A stretch of DNA of 64,000 nucleotides from Christensenellaceae bacterium. GTDB taxonomy: Bacteria; Bacillota; Clostridia; Christensenellales; CAG-138. Below the pieces are notes generated by a model. The model saw nothing but the letters and a program-made list of their open reading frames with translations. It was not told where the DNA came from and made no database searches. This document shows positions 17,143 to 25,905 of this stretch, piece after piece (within the stretch, counting starts at the first letter, position 1; every line of letters starts with the position of its first letter). The position numbers and the translations under genes are program-made. The stretch spans positions 1,261,329 through 1,325,328 of the forward strand of contig OY764017.1 in NCBI GenBank assembly GCA_963667795.1, written 5' to 3'.

Positions 17143-17333
17143 ACCTGAATCGATACGTGCGTATGTTAGCATAACAGGCAATCTGCCAAGATGGAAGAAT
17201 TAAGAAGATTCCAAGCTGCAAGTGTGTTTAAATCCATGTAAAACATCTCACGTGCGTCAATAACGCAAAACACCCCTGCGCGTAGGCCGCGGGGTGACGG
17301 ACATCGAGTCCAGCAACAGGAGCCAATCAAAGA

Positions 17334-17366
17334 CGGCCACCTTTTCCGGTGGTCGCTTTTGTTGTT
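17334..17366 (+). terminator. intrinsic terminator about 190 nt downstream of the ROK gene
   Basis: Eight-bp stem CGGCCACC/GGTGGTCG (one G-U pair), loop TTTTCC, then CTTTTGTTGTT. A second stable hairpin lies at 17271..17296. Confidence 0.6.
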
Positions 17367-17377
17367 CCTCCTATATA

Positions 17378-17406
17378 TTGAAAGCCCGCTTGCCCTTTGA
17401 TAAGAT
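17378..17406 (+). promoter_or_regulatory. sigma-A-type promoter of the membrane-protein gene
   Basis: TTGAAA (17378..17383), 17 nt, then TAAGAT (17401..17406). RBS ACGGAGG lies before ATG 17439. Confidence 0.55.
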
Positions 17407-17438
17407 AGAGATAACGAACTTAACGGAGGTATCGTCGA

Positions 17439-18473
17439 ATGAACGGGAAACAGGACTACAGCCTGAAAAACGCGCTTCGGTTCGTCTTTGGCTTTTCATT
17501 TTTAATGGTTTTGGCAACATGGCTCGTATCCCCGCTGTTGGAGCCGTTTCGCAGTACACTGCTTCCTGACACCGGCGCGGCCTGGTATTACTGGAAACTG
17601 CCGCACCCGGAACTTTGGGCGAGCATCAGCATGTGGGTGTTGTATTTGGCACACCAAATCACCGTTTGGGTGCTGATTGCGCGGCTGAAAAACGCACAAC
17701 GTCCGGCCACGGGTCGCATCGGCAAGTATAACATGCTCCTGCTGGTTGTAAACGCGGCGTTCATCGCGCTGCACCTGTTACAAACGACGTTGTTCTACGA
17801 CGCCCTCGCGCAGTTCACGCCCGTCATGAGCTCGCAGGGTTCCGTCATCGTCATGCTTGTGATGATGCTGATCCTTCTGAATAACCGCCGGGGTCTGTTC
17901 TTCGGCCGTCGCGTTTCGCTTCCGCAGTCCGGCGTTAACCTGACACAGCGGGTGCATGGTTTTTACATCGCGTGGGCGGTCGTCTTTACCTTTTGGTTTC
18001 ATCCCATGGAAGGCACGCTCGGACACCTGCTTGGTTTCCTCTATCTCTTTTTGCTGATGGGACAACTCTCGCTTGCACGGACGAACTGGCATACAAAAAT
18101 CGGCTGGCTGACATTTCTGGAGGCGTTCGTCGCACTGCACGGCGCGGTGGTCGCCATTGTCGCCGGAAACGGTATGTGGCCGATGTTTTTCTTTGGATTT
18201 ATGATGATGTTTATCGTAACGCAGGTGTACGGCATCCTCAAAAGTCGCATCGCCATTGCGGGCGTCATCGCAAGCTATGTTGCGCTCGTGCTCGTAACAT
18301 ACAGTGGTGCGCTGGCAAACCTCTTTACAGGGACGCCCGTCGGCTGGGCGGATATTCACCAGATCACCTGGATTCCGGTCATCCTTTACGGACTGGTGTT
18401 TGTTCTCGTCTGGCTGTTTGCGGGCGTAGCCGCTCTCATTCAGCGCAAATCGAAACCGGCAAACCGCAATTAA
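17439..18473 (+). CDS. polytopic membrane protein of unknown function
   Basis: 344 aa with about 8-9 hydrophobic segments. It has its own promoter and a strong terminator. I recognise no family. Confidence 0.65.
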   Translation: MNGKQDYSLKNALRFVFGFSFLMVLATWLVSPLLEPFRSTLLPDTGAAWYYWKLPHPELWASISMWVLYLAHQITVWVLIARLKNAQRPATGRIGKYNMLLLVVNAAFIALHLLQTTLFYDALAQFTPVMSSQGSVIVMLVMMLILLNNRRGLFFGRRVSLPQSGVNLTQRVHGFYIAWAVVFTFWFHPMEGTLGHLLGFLYLFLLMGQLSLARTNWHTKIGWLTFLEAFVALHGAVVAIVAGNGMWPMFFFGFMMMFIVTQVYGILKSRIAIAGVIASYVALVLVTYSGALANLFTGTPVGWADIHQITWIPVILYGLVFVLVWLFAGVAALIQRKSKPANRN

Positions 18474-18487
18474 ACCTTTACCGTGCG

Positions 18488-18523
18488 AAAACGGCCGTCG
18501 TGTTTGACGGCCGTTTTCGTTTT
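18488..18523. terminator. bidirectional intrinsic terminator
   Basis: AAAACGGCCGTC / GACGGCCGTTTT perfect stem with a 6-nt loop, an A-run upstream and TTTTCGTTTT downstream. It lies between convergent genes. Confidence 0.8.
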
Positions 18524-18716
18524 GCAGCTCTGCTTTGTAGCTTGAGGTGGGCAAAAGAAGTCAAAGACAAGATCAATGTGCTCAAACGCATTGTTTCTGG
18601 TTGCTGCAACTTTTGTAATTATCGCACTTGCATCCACTCCACCAGCAGCATTTAGGAAGCTGTTGTTTATGTGCCATATCCTGCAAAATACACATCTATT
18701 CTGATGCGTCGTGTTT

Positions 18717-20792
18717 CTATTTCTGACGAATCAAAATATCGTCCACCATCATCGTTCCGTAATCAACGCGAAATCCCGCGCCACCCGAAGGATACCGGGC
18801 GGACGTATCAACGGCCGTCAGCTCCGTATCGCCAACATACGCCTCCAGACAATTGCCGCACGCAGTCAGCGTCATTGTCAGCGGCTCGTACGCCGTGTAT
18901 GATAACGCAGTTTGTGCAAGAATCGTGTCGCCGTTTGCATCCCGCAAAATGATTGTCAGCGTGTCCCCTCCTGTCAGCAGCGCGGCATAATACTGCCGGT
19001 GCCCGCGCGCACGGACGACAAGCCCGCACAGTCGGTGCATCTGCGGAAGGAGGCGGGCAGAAATGGAGTAATCGACAAAATCCCGCGTACCGAATGTGAC
19101 GACCCCGTTTTCATCCGGATGCGACACACAGAGCGTATGCGTTAAGTTCAAGCCAAAGTTTTTTGCACTCGAAACGAATTGCCGGAACAGAAACGGCGCG
19201 GGGTCCGTAATGTTCTTTTGCAGCGCACCGGTCAGCGCATACCGTTTCGGTGCACCGGACCAATCCAGTGAGCGAAGTTTTACGTTGGGCGCTCCTCCCG
19301 TCGAATTGCGCAACGACACGCCCACCCGTATGATCGGCATTCCCTTCAGCGAAGGAATCGTCCAATCGACTCGCGTCTCTCCCGTTTGCAATGAACAATC
19401 AGAACCGAATTTTGTTTCGACTTCACCATCTATTGACACATAGCAAACGTACAGCCGCGCCGTCATTGATTCGCGTTCAAAGTACTCGATCAACGCGGAA
19501 ACCGTCTGCCCTTCGTACAATGCCGGGGACGCAATGGCGTCGTATCCCTGCCACTGCACATTTGGATCAAAGAATGTCGATGTACTAATGCTTGCGCTCT
19601 CTCCCGTCATCGTTATTGTCAAGCCGCATCCATTCTCGTTGGTCAGCCGAACAGTGCCACACGATGAAACGATCGGGCAAGGCTCAAATCCTTGCATACT
19701 CCCCCGGTATTCGAAGGAAAATCGCTCCGGTCGGAGATTCGCTTTTTCATTGTTGGCGGCCGCAATCGCGCGGACAATCTTCTTCGTCTCACGCACCGCG
19801 TCGGAAATCCCCTCCCCACCATCGGCAGTCACAACAAACAGCCTGTCGCGCACGGGCGTCCGGAAGTCATTCTCCTGCGTAATCGCATCCAGTCCAAGCC
19901 GAATGCCGTTGAAGCAGCCGACATTCCCGGCATTGCAGTCCGTGTCCCATCCCGAAGACGCGGCGATCATCAAGGAGCGCGCAAAGTTATCCTCTCCAAG
20001 CAGGATGGACGCGAGCGTGAGCGCATGATTCGGCACAATGTGACAGCCACCGCCAAAGCGGTCGTACCCATAGTTTTTTTCGAGGAAATCACGCACCACG
20101 CGCCAGTCGTCGGTCTTTGCGCAAACGTTTCGAACACTGCACACAAGGCCGCGCATGAAGTCACTCGTTAAAAATCGCTCGTTTTCATCAAAAAGCCGGT
20201 CGAGATCGCGCTCTTCAAATGCTGCCGCTTCCAGCGCGCCGAGAAACGCCGCCGCTTCGACCGCAAAGCCATCGTGCGAAACGCTTGCCGCGGCGCGCAC
20301 ATTGCTTGCTGCTCGCTCGGGATCTCCCGGGCAACACATGGCAAACGCATCTATGAATATCTGTGCGCCGATCTGCTCCGAAAGCGTACGTCCGTTCTTC
20401 GTAGCGCTACCGCTTTCCGGCGCGTGAATGCCGCGCTTTAGGTTTAGATACGCCGTGTGCTCTGTGGAGTTGCCCATGCCGCCCCACCAAAGAATGGTTT
20501 TGTCCTCAATGATGTAGTTCAGCCAGGCTTCGCCAACTCGTTTCGCCGTGATGACAGAGTTGAATTCGCCATCCTCCACCGCACGAAAAAAGCCAAACGT
20601 GCCGGAAAGATCGTCGTCCGTTACGATCAGCGGCAGATTCAGCTCTTCATGAATATAATCGTTGATTTCGTCAAAGCGGGAGCGGATGGCCTCATATGCC
20701 CAGCCCTCGACCGGTCGGCCGAGGTAGACGCCCGCCATCTTGCCAAGAACGCCCGCGTAGATGTGCTCCTCAATGTCGCGTGACAGCCGCAA
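18717..20792 (-). CDS. ADP-ribosylglycohydrolase (ARH/DraG)-family domain fused to a C-terminal region of about 380 aa, predicted beta-sandwich / LamG-like
   Basis: 691 aa. TTG start at 20792 with GGAGGG 7 nt upstream. N-terminal half: VTDDDLSGTF and SSGWDTDCNAGNVGCFNG (ARH metal-binding signatures). The C-terminal end ...GGAGFRVDYGTMMVDDILIRQK resembles concanavalin/LamG (DUF1080-like) domains; this is recollection. Confidence 0.7.
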   Translation of the reverse strand: MRLSRDIEEHIYAGVLGKMAGVYLGRPVEGWAYEAIRSRFDEINDYIHEELNLPLIVTDDDLSGTFGFFRAVEDGEFNSVITAKRVGEAWLNYIIEDKTILWWGGMGNSTEHTAYLNLKRGIHAPESGSATKNGRTLSEQIGAQIFIDAFAMCCPGDPERAASNVRAAASVSHDGFAVEAAAFLGALEAAAFEERDLDRLFDENERFLTSDFMRGLVCSVRNVCAKTDDWRVVRDFLEKNYGYDRFGGGCHIVPNHALTLASILLGEDNFARSLMIAASSGWDTDCNAGNVGCFNGIRLGLDAITQENDFRTPVRDRLFVVTADGGEGISDAVRETKKIVRAIAAANNEKANLRPERFSFEYRGSMQGFEPCPIVSSCGTVRLTNENGCGLTITMTGESASISTSTFFDPNVQWQGYDAIASPALYEGQTVSALIEYFERESMTARLYVCYVSIDGEVETKFGSDCSLQTGETRVDWTIPSLKGMPIIRVGVSLRNSTGGAPNVKLRSLDWSGAPKRYALTGALQKNITDPAPFLFRQFVSSAKNFGLNLTHTLCVSHPDENGVVTFGTRDFVDYSISARLLPQMHRLCGLVVRARGHRQYYAALLTGGDTLTIILRDANGDTILAQTALSYTAYEPLTMTLTACGNCLEAYVGDTELTAVDTSARYPSGGAGFRVDYGTMMVDDILIRQK

Positions 20793-20817
20793 AGCGTTTC
20801 CCTCCTAAAAATAGATG

Positions 20818-21702
20818 TTACTTCAAATGTCGGTTAAGAAAATCCAGTATCAGTTTCTGCACGTCCGGTTGTGAAAACGCCTGGTCGCAATGTCCCGCGC
20901 CTTCAAGCAGATACAATTCGGCAGGGATTCCCGCACACGATAATGCGTCATAATAACGCTCACTCTCCCGAACGTCGACCATCTCATCCGCCGTGCCGTG
21001 TAAAATCAGATGCGGCGGCGTTTTTTCTGATAAATATCGTTCAGGACTCATTGACTCCAGTCGTTCGCGGTTGTCGTCCGTAATCGGACAGCCCGCAAAC
21101 AGCCGGAAAAGCAATGCGTCTTCGGCGCCTGATTCGGGATTTTGCTCCAGCTCGTCCATACGCATCCGCAGTAGGTCGATCGGTCCGTACCAGTCCACAA
21201 CTGCTTTCACGGCGCTGGAGTGTCCGGCCCATTCGTCTGTTTCAAACGCTTTGCTTGCGCCAGCCGTGCCAAGCATTGCGGCAAGATAACCGCCCGCAGA
21301 ATCACCCATAACGCCGATTCTGTCCGCATCCACGCCGTAGCGGTCCGCGTTTGCGCGCAGAAAGCGCACCGCGGTTTTCACGTCCTCCACCTGCGCCGGG
21401 AAGGTCGCCTCGTTGATCGTTCGGTAATCGATCGCCGCAACCTGATACCCCGCATAGGCCAGATAGGAAAACTCCGCCATCCTCCAGGAAGGAAACGTCT
21501 GCTGCCATGCGCCGCCGACGATCCAGAGTATCGTCGGGAGTTTCGGCAGTTTTGTCTGTCCCCACCAGTCGATAGGACGAAGCAGCATCATTTTTAAGGG
21601 CCTCGGTTTCCTTCCGAAATATGCCAGAGGCTGTGAATAATAGACGTCGTCCATAAGAACGATGTCGCTTCGTTCAATTTTCGGTCGAATCGTTGTTTTC
21701 AT
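20818..21702 (-). CDS. alpha/beta hydrolase (carbohydrate/acetyl esterase-like)
   Basis: Track ORF 20818..21729. ATG 21702 (MKTTIRP) has AAGGTGAG upstream. Nucleophile elbow GDSAGG and HGTADEMV. Confidence 0.75.
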   Translation of the reverse strand: MKTTIRPKIERSDIVLMDDVYYSQPLAYFGRKPRPLKMMLLRPIDWWGQTKLPKLPTILWIVGGAWQQTFPSWRMAEFSYLAYAGYQVAAIDYRTINEATFPAQVEDVKTAVRFLRANADRYGVDADRIGVMGDSAGGYLAAMLGTAGASKAFETDEWAGHSSAVKAVVDWYGPIDLLRMRMDELEQNPESGAEDALLFRLFAGCPITDDNRERLESMSPERYLSEKTPPHLILHGTADEMVDVRESERYYDALSCAGIPAELYLLEGAGHCDQAFSQPDVQKLILDFLNRHLK

Positions 21703-21738
21703 GTTGCTCACCTTTTGTGCCTGTAACATTGCGGCACC

Positions 21739-22923
21739 CTATAGCAGTGTAAAGAACTCCCTGATTTCTTCCGTACAATCACCGGTGCAAACCATATGAT
21801 GGTTTTGAATCGGGTCGGTTAAAAAATATGTCATGTCGTCCAGCGAAACTTGTATCTGCGTCCGGCAAAGCGATGCTTCTTGCATGTTTTTCTCAATCTC
21901 TCCCGCTTTGGCATAGTAGCGCGACAGATCGGCGCCCGCCTTAAATACCGTGCACGTTCCCAGTGGAATCGATCCCGCGATCGCCACGCCAATACCGGAT
22001 TCAAAGTGTGTGGTCAGCGACATCTGCCGCGGCATATTGATCGGCAGCGTGCAGTGCGCAAGCACCATATGTCCCGCCTTGGTGTCTATGCGGCTTGGGT
22101 TGCACATAAACACAGGCTGTCCGCTGAGTTCGCCAAGGATCGCCATGGAAAGCGTAGCCGGCACATCTCCCTCGCATCCGGCGTAAATACCTTCCGCGTT
22201 AAGAATCGCCAGCGCAAGGCATCCTGTGGTACAGACGCTGTCGAGCAGGTCAAAGCAGCGCACCGTCACCGCACCGAGGTCGTGACGAGAGATCAAATAC
22301 TTCAGTGCGTCGTAAATACGCAGCGCTTTGTCCATCTCAGAGCGATCATACCCCATGGACAGTAATTTTTCCGTCCATTCGTTGCGTACCTTTGGCGCTG
22401 TCGCGCTTGCATCCAACAGCTCCTTCATCGGAATATCGACAACCTCGACGCCGAGTTTTTTTGCGCAGGCCGGACGGTCGAGTTCGCTTGCAATCAGCCA
22501 ATCCGACGGCTTGCCGACAACGCCGATGCGCAAGCCGGTCAGCTGTTTCTTTGCACGCGCTGCACGCGAAAGCGTGCGAATGCGCCGGACGATCGAATCC
22601 ACATCCCCGTGCAATATCTCACCTTTACGACCGTGCTGACGAAGATACGCCAAAATTTCCATTGATGCGGCAAGCGAATTGCTATCCCCGCTGGTCAAAA
22701 GATAACATGGCTTATCATAGCAGGAAAATTGCTGTAAAAACAACCCTTCACTACCGCCAGAAGAAACATAAATGAGTCCAAACGGTTCTTTTTGAAATTC
22801 CTCCAGCGAAACAGCCGTCAGCGAATCGCCCAACGCCGCCTCAACAGCGTTTAAAAAAGCAACGGAACCCTCCCGCGGCAACTGCGAAAGACTGCTTCTA
22901 ATCTCATATACGGAAATCGCCAT
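21739..22923 (-). CDS. L-fucose/L-arabinose isomerase-family protein (short form, substrate unknown)
   Basis: 394 aa. GCEGDVPATLSMAILGELSG and HHMVCTGD resemble the FucI/AraA C-terminal catalytic region; this is recollection. AGGAGGA RBS. Confidence 0.5.
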   Translation of the reverse strand: MAISVYEIRSSLSQLPREGSVAFLNAVEAALGDSLTAVSLEEFQKEPFGLIYVSSGGSEGLFLQQFSCYDKPCYLLTSGDSNSLAASMEILAYLRQHGRKGEILHGDVDSIVRRIRTLSRAARAKKQLTGLRIGVVGKPSDWLIASELDRPACAKKLGVEVVDIPMKELLDASATAPKVRNEWTEKLLSMGYDRSEMDKALRIYDALKYLISRHDLGAVTVRCFDLLDSVCTTGCLALAILNAEGIYAGCEGDVPATLSMAILGELSGQPVFMCNPSRIDTKAGHMVLAHCTLPINMPRQMSLTTHFESGIGVAIAGSIPLGTCTVFKAGADLSRYYAKAGEIEKNMQEASLCRTQIQVSLDDMTYFLTDPIQNHHMVCTGDCTEEIREFFTLL

Positions 22924-22964
22924 GTCTGTCCTCCTGTTTTTACTTGATTCGTCCGGTTCTTTGC

Positions 22965-23900
22965 TCAGTCCGGTTGAGATGCATCCAAAATACGCAGGGC
23001 ATCCAGCATCAGCGCAGAAAACCGCTTACCATCCGCATGTTCCAGCACAGTGACACAATGCTCCAGCGAATTGCTTTCGCACGGTTGGGCAACCGTCATT
23101 CCGCGACAAAGGTCGCCTTCCGTTTCAATGTCTACACGATACTTTGACCCGGAGAATAATTCCGGCGCAATCATCTGCGCAACGGGCACCGCGTCAAATA
23201 CATTGGTATAGTCCCACCCGCGCTCACGCGCATATTCACTATAATAGTCCATGAGCGCATACGCAAGTCGCGAAACGCGGCCGCCAAGCTTCAACGGTTC
23301 AAAATCGTTCAGCATCGTCTTTGCCTCGGCGCATACTTCCAGTCCGCTCATTATGATGGGAACGCCACTGCCAAACACGATTTTAGCCGCCTCGGGATCA
23401 TGGTAAATGTTGAATTCCGATCGTGGAAGGATATTGCCGCCGTGCAAACTGCCGCCCATCATGCAAATGCACGCAATGTGCGCCTTTATGTCGGGATAGG
23501 TTTCAAGCAGGATCGCCAGATTGGTCATCGGTGCAAGTGAAACAATCGTCACCGGCTCGCGCTGTTTCAAAATTTCTTCATACAGAAATACGACGGCGTG
23601 CCGCGTGTCGGCCTTCGTTTTCGCCGCGGGCAAAACGGGACCGTCCATGCCGCTGTCGCCGTGCGCCATTGGCTGTGGTTCCGGTTCCCGCCGGATGGGA
23701 TGCGCGCACCCCATCGCCACAGGGATGGAAACGCCGATGTGATCGAGCACTTTTCGTATGTTGTCGGTCACGTGTTGTACCGTGCTGTTTCCCGCAACGG
23801 TCGTGATCCCCTGAATTGTAAGCTTTTCCGGGTGCGCCAGTGCAAGCAATATCGCGAGCACATCGTCATGCCCCGGGTCGCAATCTATAAAAATCTGCAC
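22965..23900 (-). CDS. nucleoside hydrolase (IUNH family)
   Basis: 311 aa. The hallmark N-terminal motif IFIDCDPGHDD is present. GTG start. Confidence 0.85.
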   Translation of the reverse strand: MQIFIDCDPGHDDVLAILLALAHPEKLTIQGITTVAGNSTVQHVTDNIRKVLDHIGVSIPVAMGCAHPIRREPEPQPMAHGDSGMDGPVLPAAKTKADTRHAVVFLYEEILKQREPVTIVSLAPMTNLAILLETYPDIKAHIACICMMGGSLHGGNILPRSEFNIYHDPEAAKIVFGSGVPIIMSGLEVCAEAKTMLNDFEPLKLGGRVSRLAYALMDYYSEYARERGWDYTNVFDAVPVAQMIAPELFSGSKYRVDIETEGDLCRGMTVAQPCESNSLEHCVTVLEHADGKRFSALMLDALRILDASQPD

Positions 23901-23909
23901 GTCTAGACG

Positions 23910-24827
23910 TTATCCTTTCTTACTGCTGCGATACTTGGATACCGAGAACAGAATGATGCCGAGGAGGACGCCCACGTATGGAATGATGTTGATGAGTTCG
24001 CTCGGCAGGTCGTAGAGTGAAAACACATTCGTAAACGCCTGGAACAGCGAAAAAATAAATGTCGTAATCGCAACGCCGAGCATATTTGTGCCTCCCATTG
24101 CCTGTGCGGCAATGCCGATCCAGCCGCGTCCTGCAATCATGTTTTTCGTGAAGATCGAAAGATACCCTGTGGTCATGTATGCACCGCCAAGCGCAGCAAG
24201 CAGTCCGGAAATCAGCACTGCAATAATGCGCACATGGTTTACGTCGATTCCCGCAGTCTTCGCCGCACGCTCGTCCAGTCCCGCCGCCTTCATACGCATG
24301 CCAAGCGGTGTATGATACACCAGCAGTGCAAGCAGGATCATACAAAGAATACACAGGTACGTAATGGTATACTGGCCCGACAAAACTGCACGCAGCACGG
24401 GAATTTTCTCTATGATCGGAATGTTAACAATCGGCAGAACGATCGAGGCAAGCGATGCGCTTGTGCCTTTGTTCTGTGTAAACATATACAATAGGAACAC
24501 CGTAAACGATGCGGCAAACGTATTGAGCGCAATGCCGACGAGTATCGGGTTCGTTCCCATGTTGATCGTACAGACAATCAGTATGACCGCCATAACAAGG
24601 CCTGCGCCGATTGATATGAGCAACCCGAGCCAGGAGGACTGCGTCCAATAACTGCCAAGCACGGCAAAGAGCGCGCTCATAAGCATGATGCCCTCAACGG
24701 CAATGTTGGGTACTCCCGCCAGCGCCGCGATATACGCGCTCATGCTCGCAAACAACAGCGGCACAAGCACGCGCACGACCGTTGAAAGAAACGCTTCGCT
24801 GAAAATGACGCTCCAAAACTCAGACAT
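23910..24827 (-). CDS. BMP-type (nucleoside/simple sugar) ABC transporter permease
   Basis: 305 aa, polytopic. Overlaps the upstream permease by 8 nt. Confidence 0.8.
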   Translation of the reverse strand: MSEFWSVIFSEAFLSTVVRVLVPLLFASMSAYIAALAGVPNIAVEGIMLMSALFAVLGSYWTQSSWLGLLISIGAGLVMAVILIVCTINMGTNPILVGIALNTFAASFTVFLLYMFTQNKGTSASLASIVLPIVNIPIIEKIPVLRAVLSGQYTITYLCILCMILLALLVYHTPLGMRMKAAGLDERAAKTAGIDVNHVRIIAVLISGLLAALGGAYMTTGYLSIFTKNMIAGRGWIGIAAQAMGGTNMLGVAITTFIFSLFQAFTNVFSLYDLPSELINIIPYVGVLLGIILFSVSKYRSSKKG

Positions 24828-25905
24828 GCAGCAATCCCTCCTTCAGCAGTTTTTTCTCACGCCAACCGCGCAGGAAATACTGCGCCGAGATGAGCAGCAC
24901 AAGCGTAGCGGTAACGATTGAGATGACCTCGACCGGCACGGTCGTACTGCGGCTCATAATCTCCGCGCCGATCTGTAGATAGCTGATGCCAAACGCGACA
25001 AACAGTACGCCAATCGGATGATTTTTCCCCATCATGGCCATCAGCGCGCCGTTAAAGCCCAGCCCCGGCAGTGCCACCCAACTAAAGCGGGAATAGATAC
25101 TCAATAGTTCCACCGAAGTCCCAACGCCGCCTAAAAAACCGGAGATGAAATGCACGAGTAAAAACAGGCTCATTGCATTCATGCCGGAGTAGCGCGCAAA
25201 ACTCGGATTCAAACCCGTCATACGGATTTGATAGCCCAGCCGCGTTTTAAAAAGCAGGACATAAATCAAGACCGCCGCCGCAACTGCAAGGACGATGCCG
25301 ATGGTTACGCGTGTGCCGGGTATGATGTACGGCAGCTTCGCCGATTCCTCAAAGAGCGGAGACGCGGTGGATGAATAATCCGTTGCACGCAGATACGTTT
25401 TAATAAACCAGAGTCCTACGCCCAGGTAGATGGAGTTGAGCATAAGCGAAGTGACCAGTTCGTTTGCGTTAAATTTCGCCTTCAGGTAACCCGGAATCAG
25501 CATTAAAACGCCGCCGATGAGCGCCGGTACCAGAATTGCCACCAGCGGGTGTGTAAAGCTGTTGCCGAACGCCTGACAGGCAATGTAGGAGCAAATCACA
25601 CCGCCGATGTAATAGATACCCTCGATACCAAGGTTAAACAACCCCGTTCGAAACAACAGCGAACAGGCCAGACCGGAAAAGACCAGCGGCACCATCGCCT
25701 CAAGCACATTGCCGAAATATCGAAGTTTCGTCAGCGGCCCCGTGAGTAGTGTTACGAATGACGCCACAGGATCTTCGCACGTGAGCATGAGCACACAGAA
25801 CGTGATTGCAAGCGCAATAAAAATCGCAATGATCGTCTTTACGGTTTCAAACGCGGTATCTCCGGTAAATGAAATTTTCCATTTTTTCTTAGTCATGGAG
25901 TGCAC
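24820..25905 (-). CDS. BMP-type ABC transporter permease
   Basis: 361 aa, polytopic. Overlaps the ATPase gene end. Confidence 0.8.
   Translation of the reverse strand: MHSMTKKKWKISFTGDTAFETVKTIIAIFIALAITFCVLMLTCEDPVASFVTLLTGPLTKLRYFGNVLEAMVPLVFSGLACSLLFRTGLFNLGIEGIYYIGGVICSYIACQAFGNSFTHPLVAILVPALIGGVLMLIPGYLKAKFNANELVTSLMLNSIYLGVGLWFIKTYLRATDYSSTASPLFEESAKLPYIIPGTRVTIGIVLAVAAAVLIYVLLFKTRLGYQIRMTGLNPSFARYSGMNAMSLFLLVHFISGFLGGVGTSVELLSIYSRFSWVALPGLGFNGALMAMMGKNHPIGVLFVAFGISYLQIGAEIMSRSTTVPVEVISIVTATLVLLISAQYFLRGWREKKLLKEGLLHV

Noticed and set aside
17778-18655. ORFs of 258 aa (minus strand) and 227 aa (plus strand, other frame) overlapping the membrane-protein gene
   Set aside because: Both are Arg/His-rich nonsense-like sequences. 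The 17439..18473 frame has a coherent TM-helix pattern, a promoter, an RBS and a terminator.
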